Source of the DNA: an uncultured delta proteobacterium
GTDB taxonomy: Bacteria > Myxococcota_A > Polyangia > Polyangiales > JAFGIB01
Assembly: GCA_963778655.1 (NCBI GenBank)
Contig: CAVZVA010000010.1
Span: forward strand, 1,088,001-1,152,000
Direction of reading: 5' to 3'
DNA length: 64,000 bases
The translations under genes were made by a program, and so were the position numbers. Numbering within the stretch: the first letter of the stretch is position 1; each line of letters begins with the position of its first letter. The notes beneath the pieces are model-generated. The model saw only the letters and a list, made by a program, of their open reading frames with translations. It was not told the DNA's origin and did not search any database. Positions 8,792-17,961 of this stretch are shown in pieces.

Positions 8792-10309
8792 ATGGATTTC
8801 GACGACATCATCGTGGGCGGGGGCTCGTCGGGGGCGGTGCTGGCGGCCCGCTTGAGCGAAGACCCGGCGCGCAAGGTTCTGCTGCTCGAGGCGGGTCCGG
8901 ACTACGTCTCGCTCGCGGACACGCCGGCCGACCTGCTGGGACCCGATCCTTCGCTGCGCGAGCACGACTGGAGCCTGCGCGCCGAGTCCAGCCCGGGGCG
9001 GCGCATTCCGTTTCCGCGCGGCAAGGTGATGGGCGGTTGCTCGGCCGTCAACGGCGCGGTCGCGCTGCGCGGCGTGCCGGCCGACTACGACGAGTGGGCG
9101 GCGCTCGGCAACGACGGCTGGAGCTGGCGCGAGCTGCTGCCGTATTTCAAGCGTCTGGAGAGCGACGAGCTCGGCGAGAGCGCGCTGCACGGAGGCACGG
9201 GCCCGATTCCGATCCGGCGCTTCAAGCGCGACGAGATGTGCGCCACCCAGCGAGCCGCGTATGACGGTTACCGCGGGCTCGGCTTCCCGGAGGTTGCCGA
9301 TCACAACGAGCCCAGCGCCAGCGGCGTCGGACCGATTCCGCTCAACCTGCGCGACAACATCCGCATCTCGACCGCGCTCGGCTATCTCTTGCCCGCCCGG
9401 CAGCGCCCGAACCTGGTGATCCGCGGCGGCGTTACGGTCGAGCGCGTGGCGATCGAGGACGGCCGCACGCTCGGCGTCGAGGTCGTGCGCGGCGCCGGCA
9501 GCGAGCGCATTTCGGCCAAGCGCGTGAGCGTGTGCGCGGGCGCGATCCACTCGCCGGCGATCCTGATGCGCTCGGGCCTCGGCCCGCGCGCCGAGCTGCA
9601 GCGCCTGGGGTTGCCGTGCGTGGCCGACCTGCCCGGCGTCGGCGCGCGCCTGATCGACCACCCCGGCGTCGGCATCTACGCCGTGCCGCGTCCCGAGGCC
9701 CAGGGCCCGGCCGATCCCAACCACCAGGTGATGGTGCGCTACACCGTAGAGGGCTCGCACGAGCACAACGACATGCAGCTCTACCTGTTCGGCCGCATCG
9801 CGCTCAAGGGCACGCGGCTGGAGAAGGCGATCGGCGCCCAGACCTATCTCGCCAGCGCGAGCCTGGTGAGGCCGCGCTCGATCGGGAGCTGGCGCCTGCC
9901 CAGCCGCGACCCCCATGCAGAGCCCGAGGTGGCGCTCAACTTCTGCGCCGACCCCGAGGATCTGCGCCGGCTGGTCGCGGGCTTTCGCCTGAGCTGGGAG
10001 CTGCTGCACGGCGCGCCGCTCGCGGGGCGGATCGCGAGCATCCCGATCTGGACCGACGAGGTGGTGCGCTCCGACGCGCTGCATGAGGCGATCGTCGCCT
10101 CGGTCGGCACTTCGTACCATCCGATCAGCACCGCGCCGATGGGGCCGGATCCAGCGGCCGGCGCCGTGGTCGACGCACGCTGCCGCGTGTATGGCATCGA
10201 GGGCCTGCGCGTGGTGGACGCATCGGTCATGCCCACCATCCCGCGCGCCAACACCAATCTGCCCTGTATGATGATCGCCGAGCGCGTGGCCGACTTCATG
10301 CGGGACTGA
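8792..10309 (+). CDS. GMC family oxidoreductase (choline dehydrogenase-like)
   Basis: GGGSSG FAD motif, RGKVMGGCSAVNG, GAIHSPAILMRSGLG, YHPIST, LRVVDASVMP, NTNLP. Confidence 0.9.
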   Translation: MDFDDIIVGGGSSGAVLAARLSEDPARKVLLLEAGPDYVSLADTPADLLGPDPSLREHDWSLRAESSPGRRIPFPRGKVMGGCSAVNGAVALRGVPADYDEWAALGNDGWSWRELLPYFKRLESDELGESALHGGTGPIPIRRFKRDEMCATQRAAYDGYRGLGFPEVADHNEPSASGVGPIPLNLRDNIRISTALGYLLPARQRPNLVIRGGVTVERVAIEDGRTLGVEVVRGAGSERISAKRVSVCAGAIHSPAILMRSGLGPRAELQRLGLPCVADLPGVGARLIDHPGVGIYAVPRPEAQGPADPNHQVMVRYTVEGSHEHNDMQLYLFGRIALKGTRLEKAIGAQTYLASASLVRPRSIGSWRLPSRDPHAEPEVALNFCADPEDLRRLVAGFRLSWELLHGAPLAGRIASIPIWTDEVVRSDALHEAIVASVGTSYHPISTAPMGPDPAAGAVVDARCRVYGIEGLRVVDASVMPTIPRANTNLPCMMIAERVADFMRD

Positions 10310-10388
10310 CAGCCGAGGCCGGGCCGCGGCGTTCCCGTTGCGCGCGCCGCGCGCGGGGCGAGCCCGCCGCGGCTTGAGGCTCGCGCTT

Positions 10389-10616
10389 TCAGCGATCGTG
10401 CTCGCGCAAGCGCGCCAGCACCTCGGCGGCCAGGCGCTTGCTCTCCTCGACGCAGGGCTCGCAGCTGCCACGGCAGCATAGCGGCCAGGCCGAGGGCCTG
10501 CTCTCGAGCAGCGCACGGATCTCATCGTGCCGGCGCCGCGGCACAGCCTGCTCGGCGCACACCCCTTGCAGCAGCGTCTCAAGCTCCGCGGGCAGGTCGA
10601 AGTCTTCGGCGCTCAT
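10389..10616 (-). CDS. Small Cys-motif protein (oxidoreductase-like N-terminal motif)
   Basis: 75 aa containing CCRGSCEPCV; divergent from the PhzF-like gene. Confidence 0.55.
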   Translation of the reverse strand: MSAEDFDLPAELETLLQGVCAEQAVPRRRHDEIRALLESRPSAWPLCCRGSCEPCVEESKRLAAEVLARLREHDR

Positions 10617-10728
10617 CGAGGTGAAGGCCCTGCTTTCAGCATGGTCCGCCCGCGCCCCGCGCGCGAGCCAAACGCGCGTGCGCGCGGCCGTGAGCGGCCC
10701 GTGCACGGCCTGCTACAATGCCGCCGCC

Positions 10729-11595
10729 ATGCTCACCTTGCGCTACGTGTTGTGCGACGTGTTTACCGACCGACCGCTCAGCGGCAACCAGCTCGCGGTG
10801 TTTACCGACGCGCGCCGTCTGGGCGCGGACACCATGCAGCAGCTCGCGCGCGAGCTGAATCTGTCCGAGAGCGTATTCGTGCTGCCGCCGGGCGCGGGCG
10901 GCCACGCGCGCATCCGCATCTTCACGCCCACGCGCGAGCTGCCCTTCGCGGGCCACCCCACGCTCGGCGCCGCATTCGTGCTGGCGGCACCCATGCAGCT
11001 GCAGAGCATCCGGCTCGAGACCGGCGCTGGGCTCGTTCCGGTGCAGCTCGAGCGCGAGGGCGCGCGGATCGTGTTCGGCTGGATGTCGCAGCCGGTACCC
11101 AAGATCGGCCGCTTCGACGACGAGCGTGCGCTGCTCGCGGCGCTGGGGGTCGAGCGCTCGCTGCTGCCGATCGAGACCTACGACCTCGGGCCCACCCACC
11201 TGTACGTGCACCTGCGGAGCGAGCACGAGGTTGCGGGCCTGAAGCCCGATCTGCGCGCGCTGCAGGCGCTGTGCAGCCAGGGCGTCAACGTGTTCGCGCG
11301 GCGCGGCCCGAGCTGGAAGACGCGCATGTTCGCACCGAGCCACGGCGTGGCCGAAGACGCCGCCACCGGCTCGGCCGCCGGGCCGCTCGCGATCCACTTG
11401 CTCCGGCACGGGCTGATCGAGTCGGGCGACACGATCACGATCGAGCAGGGCGCGGAGATCGGCCGCCCGAGCACGCTGTACGCCCGCGCGCATCGCGCGC
11501 CGGGCGCGCTCGAGGCGATCGAGCGCGTGGAGGTGGGCGGCAGCGCGGTCGTGCTCGGCCGCGGCGAGCTCACGCTGCGCGACCGCTCGAGCTGA
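10729..11595 (+). CDS. PhzF family isomerase
   Basis: DVFTDRPLSGNQLAVF, NLSESVF, RIFTPTRELPFAGHPTLG, EDAATGSA, QGAEIGRPS. Confidence 0.9.
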   Translation: MLTLRYVLCDVFTDRPLSGNQLAVFTDARRLGADTMQQLARELNLSESVFVLPPGAGGHARIRIFTPTRELPFAGHPTLGAAFVLAAPMQLQSIRLETGAGLVPVQLEREGARIVFGWMSQPVPKIGRFDDERALLAALGVERSLLPIETYDLGPTHLYVHLRSEHEVAGLKPDLRALQALCSQGVNVFARRGPSWKTRMFAPSHGVAEDAATGSAAGPLAIHLLRHGLIESGDTITIEQGAEIGRPSTLYARAHRAPGALEAIERVEVGGSAVVLGRGELTLRDRSS

Positions 11596-11628
11596 ACGCA
11601 AGGCTTGCGGACCTGCGCCGGAGCGACC

Positions 11629-12003
11629 TCAGGGAATGGCCTGGCAGGCCTTCTGACTCGAACCGGCCACGACCGTCACACAGCGGGTCGCGGTGGGGCA
11701 CTCGGCATCGATGATGCACGGTTGCCCACACAGCGGGTTGGTCATGCCGAAACAGCGGCCGCGCGGGTCGAGCAGGCTGCACGCTTGGTCGCTGTTACAG
11801 CCCACCGAGCACTGCCCGTTGAACACGCCGGAAGGCTCGCAGATGTAGCCGTTGGCGCAGGTACCCGTCTCGCACGGATCGCCCACCGCACCGGGCGAAG
11901 GCGGACCGCCTGCGCCGCCCCCGTTCGAGCCCCCACACGCCGCCAGAGCCATGCCGAAGCCGGCATAGGCCAACCACCCCAGGAATCGCCGCTGCTCGCG
12001 CAT
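11629..12003 (-). CDS. Small Cys-rich lipoprotein
   Basis: ALAAC lipobox followed by a Cys-rich domain. Confidence 0.7.
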   Translation of the reverse strand: MREQRRFLGWLAYAGFGMALAACGGSNGGGAGGPPSPGAVGDPCETGTCANGYICEPSGVFNGQCSVGCNSDQACSLLDPRGRCFGMTNPLCGQPCIIDAECPTATRCVTVVAGSSQKACQAIP

Positions 12004-12368
12004 GCGCTCCCACCCGCTCGCGCGCGCTGAAGCGCGTCGCAGCTGCTCTTGTAGCGCGGCGGCTCACGTCGAGCAAAGCGTCCCAGTCGTGCCGACCGCT
12101 GGACCGCGACGTGCGGCCGGACCAGGTGGGCGGCTGCTTGATCCTCGGTACGTAGCCCGCGGGCGAAAGCCATCCGCCGGGCGCGCCGAAGCGCTCGCGC
12201 TGCTGCTCGCGCGTGTCGCGCGCCGGTGTACGGCGGCGTCGCCGCGGTGAGCGGGTTGCGCGCTCCGCCCCCCAACGCAGGGGTACGCACGCTCGAGCGC
12301 GGGCCGGCGAGCCAGGTCGATTCCGCGCAGTACCGTCCGCGCCGCGCATCTGGCATGCTCGTGCTTGG

Positions 12369-13400
12369 GTGACGGACGGGCGGCCACGCAACGTAGCGCT
12401 GGGCTTGTGCGTGATGGCGCTGCTGGCCGCCTGCGCGGCGACGCAAGCACGGGCGCAGGCCTCGGTGCCGGTGCTGCTGGGCACGCGCGACCCTTCGGCC
12501 GGCAGCATGCCGGCCCCGGTCATCACCCGCGCGCTCAGACCCTCGGCCGCCGCCGCGCCCGCAACGCGGTCACCTGCGGCGTCTGCAGCGAGGCCTGCCG
12601 CCGCACCCGCAACGCCAGCTGCCGCCACGCGCCCGACGCGGGTCGCCGCCGCGCCCACAACGCGGCCCGCTGCGGCTCCTGCAACACCGGCCGCCGCCGC
12701 GCGCGCAACGCCAGCCGCCGCCGCGCCCGCAGCGCGGTCCGCCGCTGCGGCGCCCGGCGATCCGCGCGCCGCCGCCCACGCCGCGCCGCCGCCGCGCGGC
12801 CCGCACGCCGCCGTCCGCGTGCGAGGCCTGCACGGCACGCTCAACCAGGACGATGTGCACCAGACCATGGACGCGCAGCAAGCCGAGATCGATCGCTGCA
12901 TCGAGCAGGCGCGCCGCAGATTGCGCTGGCTGAGCGGCGAGATCCGTTTCTCGTTTCGCGTCGCTGCGGAAGGTCGGGTCGCGGAGGTGCACCCCACCTT
13001 CTCCAGCGTCGGCCACCGCGAGCTCGAGCGCTGCCTGCGCGATCTGCTGCTGGCCACGCAGTTTCCGCGGCCCGCGGGCGGCGCCGAGGCCAGGTTCAAC
13101 TGGGGCATGCAGTTCGAGCCGGCCAACGGTCGCACGTTCGCGGACGCCGACCCCAAGCCGATTGCGCGCGCGCTTCACAAGCACGCGCGCACGCTGTTTC
13201 GCAGCTGCGAAATTCGCCGCGGCCGCAACCGTTTCCAGATCACAGCCTACGTCTCGCGCGGCGGGCGCCTGCTGTCCGCGGGCGCCGTGCCGGTACCCGC
13301 GCGCGCCGAGGACAAGGTCGACTGCGTGGTCGCGGAGCTACTCAAGTGGCGCCTGCCCAAGCGCAAGCGCGCCGGCAAGCTCAGCTTCGTGCTGCGCTGA
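12369..13400 (+). CDS. AgmX/PglI (TonB C-terminal-like) domain protein
   Basis: Signal peptide, Ala/Pro linker, LSGEIRFSFRVAAEGRV...LERCLRDLLLATQFPRPAGG, plus a second similar domain. Start uncertain. Confidence 0.7.
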   Translation: MTDGRPRNVALGLCVMALLAACAATQARAQASVPVLLGTRDPSAGSMPAPVITRALRPSAAAAPATRSPAASAARPAAAPATPAAATRPTRVAAAPTTRPAAAPATPAAAARATPAAAAPAARSAAAAPGDPRAAAHAAPPPRGPHAAVRVRGLHGTLNQDDVHQTMDAQQAEIDRCIEQARRRLRWLSGEIRFSFRVAAEGRVAEVHPTFSSVGHRELERCLRDLLLATQFPRPAGGAEARFNWGMQFEPANGRTFADADPKPIARALHKHARTLFRSCEIRRGRNRFQITAYVSRGGRLLSAGAVPVPARAEDKVDCVVAELLKWRLPKRKRAGKLSFVLR

Positions 13401-13451
13401 GCGGGGGCGGTGCTGCTCTCGACGCACTCGCCACTTCGGCGAGGGCGCAGC

Positions 13452-16400
13452 TCATGCGGTGTTCCGGCCAGCGCTCCGCTTACGTCGTCCAGAGGTGCGT
13501 GCAACCGACTTGCTCGCGTTTCGCGTGCCCGCGCTGCGGGTGCTTCGAGCGCTGCTCGACGCGGTTCGTCCGGGGGCGCTACGCCGCCGCCTTGACACGG
13601 AGGGCGTAGAAACGGACCGCATGACCGGCAGCACGACGACGCCCAATCGGATGCCCTCGTCGCGAGACTGCAGGTTCACGGCGAGATCGCAGAGCGTGCG
13701 CTCGACCTCTTCTATGGTTCTCCGCGAGCGACGGCCGGTGAATCCGACGACGTAGATACCGTGGGCTCGATGCTGGTCGACGACGTAGTTGCGTGCCAGC
13801 TTCTCCAGATCTTCCTGCCAGCGGTGATCGTGGGACCACTTGACCTCGATCGCTACGCTCTCACTCTCGGTGCCGGTGAAGGCCAATAAGTCGGGACGGT
13901 CTCCATAACCTTCGGGGACCTCGGCAGCCAACCCCGCGTGTCCGTGGGAACGCGCCGGTAGCAGGTCGCGCAGTCGTAGCTGTAGATACATCCGAAGCTT
14001 GGTCTCATTTCGAGCGTTGACCTCATTATGCCAGACGAGGTCGGCATAGCGCGGCGTGTCCGTCTTGATGCGCTCGAAAAGCTCCATCAGCACGTGAAAC
14101 AGATCATCCGCGCCTCGAAGCGACGACGGGGCCTGCTCCTCGAGCATTTTGGCAACTTCCCGTGGCCGGAGTGGCTCGGGCATGCTGCCCGCAGTGCCGA
14201 GGATGTGATCGATCTCGCGCGCGCTCTGCTCGCGACTGGCCCAGTTGGAAATAGGTGGGTCCAGCGGTTTGAGCTTCTCCACGGCGGCTTTGGCCGCAGG
14301 TTCGGTCCGCATGATCAGCTCCTGCAGAGCTCGATCGCGGAGCTCCGGGTAGCGGTCCGCGCGGGTCACCTCGTGCATCCCGCTTGCAGAGTATTGCGGG
14401 GGATCGCTCGTGCGTGGAAAGCGCTGAAGAAGCCAGGTGGCCAGCTCGCCAAGCGCTGGCGACGGCCACCGGCACGCGTCGGCAGACCAGGCATCGTAGT
14501 TGAAGCGTGGGAGTAGTGGATCGAGGAAGGATAGCGAGATGCCATCCGGCATCTCGGCCAGCACCTCGCCAATGCCCCGGCCGTCCTTCAGAAAGCACCG
14601 CGCGACTCTCACGCCCCACAGTCGCCCGTCCGGCCAGGAGATTCGCATGAGTACGTCGGCTAGACGAGCACCCATAACGGCCGCAAGGGACCATATGATC
14701 GCCTCTACGGCGTCGGGCTTCGTCTCGACGCTTGCTGCGATTTCGAGAACGTTGAGCACAAACGCCGGGTCGTCCAGGGCTTCAGCAGGCAGCGCCGGGA
14801 GGACGTTGAAGAACGGCGTGTGCGAGGCTTCGCGGCGCAAGGCTTCGAGCACGGCGCTGCGTGTCTCGCGCTCCGCGCGTCGAAAACAGGCGGCGACCAC
14901 CGTAGCGCGATCGTCGTCCGCTACGAATAGGACAGAGCGCAGCCACTTGTTGACGAGTGGACCGGTCAGCCATGCGTCGTCGTCAGCCACAGCTCCCCGG
15001 AATGCTGAGGCTTCGTGCGAGATGTTGGTCGAATAGGCGCCGCGAGAGCCGGGAATCTCCGTCGGGGTCGCCTCCGAGAGCGCAACAACAAGACGGCGCA
15101 TCAGTTCGGTCTTCAGGTCGGGACCGAGAGCTTCGACGGCGCCAAGGACGTTGGTCGGGCGGAAGCGTCTGGGAACGAACAGCACCCAACCGAGTAGTTG
15201 TACCTGCCGCAGGGCCGGCAGGTCGCGATCATCGAGGATCTCGTGCACCACGTCGACAACGAAGCGCTGCTCTTCGCGCTCCTGCTTGTCGGCCTCGAGC
15301 CGTTGCCGCCTGCGGGCTTCGTTGGTGGCTTCCACGCTTGCGAGGTCCGCTTCTGCTTGCGCAACAAACACCGCATGGTGTGTCCGCAGCCACGCGTCGA
15401 TTCGCCCACGGCTCGGGGCGTCAACCTCCGGACTGCGCGCAAACCGGACGCACGTTCGCAGAATCTCCCGGTGCGGAGCCACTACCTTCGGCGCTTGCTC
15501 CGCGAGCCATGTCGCATCCTCGGGCTTGAGCTGAAACCGATACGGGTGTGTTGCAGCGAACGCCAGGAACAGCTGACGCCGCGCGGATGGATCGCTGTCG
15601 GCTCTTCGAGCCATCGCGGCGTCCACCTGGAACATGCCGTGCACTCCGTAATGCTGCTCGAGCGCATGACGTAGACGCTCCATATCATCGGAGCTCCAAG
15701 ACACGCTCTCGACGAGCCGCTTGAACGCGGGCTCGAGCAACTCCGACACCACGTGTTCCGGGAGGCCGGAGCACCGAATGCCCAGATGTTGATCGAGAAT
15801 CGCCCTGGCGTCGTCATCGGTTATCTTTTCTGCCAGCTCGTGAAAGAGTAACGCTCGCTCGTCGACCAGACGGGGTTCTTCTGGCGGCGCGCTGCGTGCG
15901 ACCTCCAGCACCGGCTTGCCGCGTTTGAGGGTGTCCGAAAGCGCCATGGCACGGAGCACCGCGGTCTCCGGTGCTTCCTCGCTGAGCAGCTCGTCGAGTC
16001 GGGGCCGAAGCGCGCGCGCGGATGGCGTATCGTGGTGAAATAGAAAGCGAACGCATGCCTCACGCAGCTCGAGCGGCGCCGTTCGGTCGAGCGCAACCGT
16101 CAGGATCGTCTGCGCAAGATCGTTCCAGTCTGGCGAATCGGCGTTGGCCGAGGCGATGTCCAGCGCCAACCTTCGGCGATCTTCGTGCTCGCTTGCGTCG
16201 CCGATGCACTGGGCCGCCAGTACAGCCACAGAAGGGTGGGCGAAGGCGTTGAAGTTGTCTGCATGCCTCAGATTCCAGACGCGCACCGGCGCGTTGATCG
16301 CGTTCAGAATTCGTTCGAAGAGCTCGACCGCTTGCGCCTCGAGCAGGGGTCGTGGAGTCTCTTGCGACAAAGCCTCCAGATGCGGCCTCCCCTCTGTTGC

Positions 16401-17960
16401 CACGAGGCGTTCCACCACGGGTCGATGCGCGAGCAAAACGCCGCCTCGGCTGCCCGTGGTCAAGCGCCGAATGAGATCCATGGGCGCTTTTCGCAGGGCC
16501 TGTGCCGCAAGCCGCTCCTTGGCGAAGTGTTGCCGGAAGCGGTAGCCGTTGCCTTCGGTGCGCTCGAAGAGCGGGCTGCGCGCGAGCTCGCGCGCCGCGC
16601 GGTGCAAAGCGCCGTCACCGTCCCGGAGCGCTTCCGCCAATTTCACGGGCGCGCCGTCGGGCCCTCGTGGCCTGTGGCGAGCATCTTCCAGATCAACGGT
16701 CTGCGCGCCTGAGAACTGAAGCACAGCAGCCATGCGCGCTGCGGCCACGCGCCGGGTTCCGATCGATTCGGCAGCGTCCGCTGCCGGTAGCGCGCACAAC
16801 GCGTCAATGACCCGTTCTTCGATCGTTGCAAGATCGTCGTCGTCCCCAGCCTCTGCCAGGGCACCAAGCAGCTTGAAGTCACGCACCAATCCAGGGTCAC
16901 CTAGCCGCCTTACCTGTCTGCGCACGCGTTCAACCATGTCTCGGCCTTGTTGAACGCTCCGGTGCCCGGCCAAGGCTCGGGCCGCCTCGTCAGGATCCAA
17001 CGGCTGCAGATGCCAGGTGATGCTCCCTGTGTTGCCGTTCCAACCGAGCGCGGCGATCGACTCAGGTTCGTGGCTCGGCCGCGAGAACACGAGCACGTGT
17101 AGGCGGCGTGCCTCCGCGTCTCCAACGTCGCGTAGCAGGCGCAGGCAATGGCTGACATCGGCCCCACGATAGAACCCTTCATCGAGTGCATCCACGATCA
17201 CGTAGCCGTGCTCCGTCGATTGTTTCCAGCGTTCCCAATCCCAGATGGGAAGATCCGTCTGGCGTTCACGCTCGAAGCTGAGCAGCCAGACGTAGCTGGA
17301 GCGGAGTTGACGGACAAGCTGCTCGGCAACCCATGTTTTTCCGATCCAGGGATCACCCAGGATCAGGGCCACTCGTTCTCGGACTAGATCTCCGACCAGC
17401 CTGAGCTTACGGCCGCTCGGGTTGGCAATGAGGAATCCCTCGGGATCAAGCGGGCTCTCGCTGGACTTCGCCACATAGCGGCGAACGCTCGGCGTCGCGT
17501 TGCTCGCAGCGAACTCCTTGCCCGGCCGACCCGTCCCCACAGCCGGGAACTGCACCGTGTCGTCCTCTATTTCGACCTCTGGCCAAGGCGGGCACGCGAG
17601 CGATCGCATCAGGGGCCAACTCGGCGCGATTGATCCGGTGCGCGCCCGCTGTGCCATTTGCCCTGCCAGGGCTGCCACATGGTCTGCACTGTCGCTGTTC
17701 TCGGCGTGCGCTCCGATCTGAATTCCGCGGTCGCGCACGATCAAGTCTTCGAAAATACGCCGTGCAATTGTCCAGGTGGTATCTGCCACGCTCACCGACG
17801 CGTCGCGAATCACGACGGCGGTCCGGTGTCCCTGCCACGATGGCACTTCCGCGTCCGCATTGCGCACCAGCGCGTCGACGATCGCACGCGCGTTGCCTAC
17901 TTGGCGCTCGTCGAGCTCGTCGCTGAGCCGAATCGCGATTGCACCGAGCCCCATCGCCAC
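13452..17960 (-). CDS. STAND/NACHT-like NTPase with helical repeats and C-terminal PD-(D/E)xK nuclease-like domain (putative defence protein)
   Basis: Walker A GDPWIGKT, Walker B YVIVDALDE, sensor VFSRP, winged-helix-like YRFRQHFAKERLAAQAL; C-terminal NETKL...EVPEGYGDRPDLL...VAIEVK; more A/T-rich than the flanks. Confidence 0.75.
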   Translation of the reverse strand: MAMGLGAIAIRLSDELDERQVGNARAIVDALVRNADAEVPSWQGHRTAVVIRDASVSVADTTWTIARRIFEDLIVRDRGIQIGAHAENSDSADHVAALAGQMAQRARTGSIAPSWPLMRSLACPPWPEVEIEDDTVQFPAVGTGRPGKEFAASNATPSVRRYVAKSSESPLDPEGFLIANPSGRKLRLVGDLVRERVALILGDPWIGKTWVAEQLVRQLRSSYVWLLSFERERQTDLPIWDWERWKQSTEHGYVIVDALDEGFYRGADVSHCLRLLRDVGDAEARRLHVLVFSRPSHEPESIAALGWNGNTGSITWHLQPLDPDEAARALAGHRSVQQGRDMVERVRRQVRRLGDPGLVRDFKLLGALAEAGDDDDLATIEERVIDALCALPAADAAESIGTRRVAAARMAAVLQFSGAQTVDLEDARHRPRGPDGAPVKLAEALRDGDGALHRAARELARSPLFERTEGNGYRFRQHFAKERLAAQALRKAPMDLIRRLTTGSRGGVLLAHRPVVERLVATEGRPHLEALSQETPRPLLEAQAVELFERILNAINAPVRVWNLRHADNFNAFAHPSVAVLAAQCIGDASEHEDRRRLALDIASANADSPDWNDLAQTILTVALDRTAPLELREACVRFLFHHDTPSARALRPRLDELLSEEAPETAVLRAMALSDTLKRGKPVLEVARSAPPEEPRLVDERALLFHELAEKITDDDARAILDQHLGIRCSGLPEHVVSELLEPAFKRLVESVSWSSDDMERLRHALEQHYGVHGMFQVDAAMARRADSDPSARRQLFLAFAATHPYRFQLKPEDATWLAEQAPKVVAPHREILRTCVRFARSPEVDAPSRGRIDAWLRTHHAVFVAQAEADLASVEATNEARRRQRLEADKQEREEQRFVVDVVHEILDDRDLPALRQVQLLGWVLFVPRRFRPTNVLGAVEALGPDLKTELMRRLVVALSEATPTEIPGSRGAYSTNISHEASAFRGAVADDDAWLTGPLVNKWLRSVLFVADDDRATVVAACFRRAERETRSAVLEALRREASHTPFFNVLPALPAEALDDPAFVLNVLEIAASVETKPDAVEAIIWSLAAVMGARLADVLMRISWPDGRLWGVRVARCFLKDGRGIGEVLAEMPDGISLSFLDPLLPRFNYDAWSADACRWPSPALGELATWLLQRFPRTSDPPQYSASGMHEVTRADRYPELRDRALQELIMRTEPAAKAAVEKLKPLDPPISNWASREQSAREIDHILGTAGSMPEPLRPREVAKMLEEQAPSSLRGADDLFHVLMELFERIKTDTPRYADLVWHNEVNARNETKLRMYLQLRLRDLLPARSHGHAGLAAEVPEGYGDRPDLLAFTGTESESVAIEVKWSHDHRWQEDLEKLARNYVVDQHRAHGIYVVGFTGRRSRRTIEEVERTLCDLAVNLQSRDEGIRLGVVVLPVMRSVSTPSVSRRRRSAPGRTASSSARSTRSAGTRNASKSVARTSGRRKRSAGRNTA

Positions 17961-17961
17961 G

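Noticed and set aside
10729..11595. Phenazine biosynthetic cluster
   Set aside because: A lone PhzF-family gene with no other phz genes.
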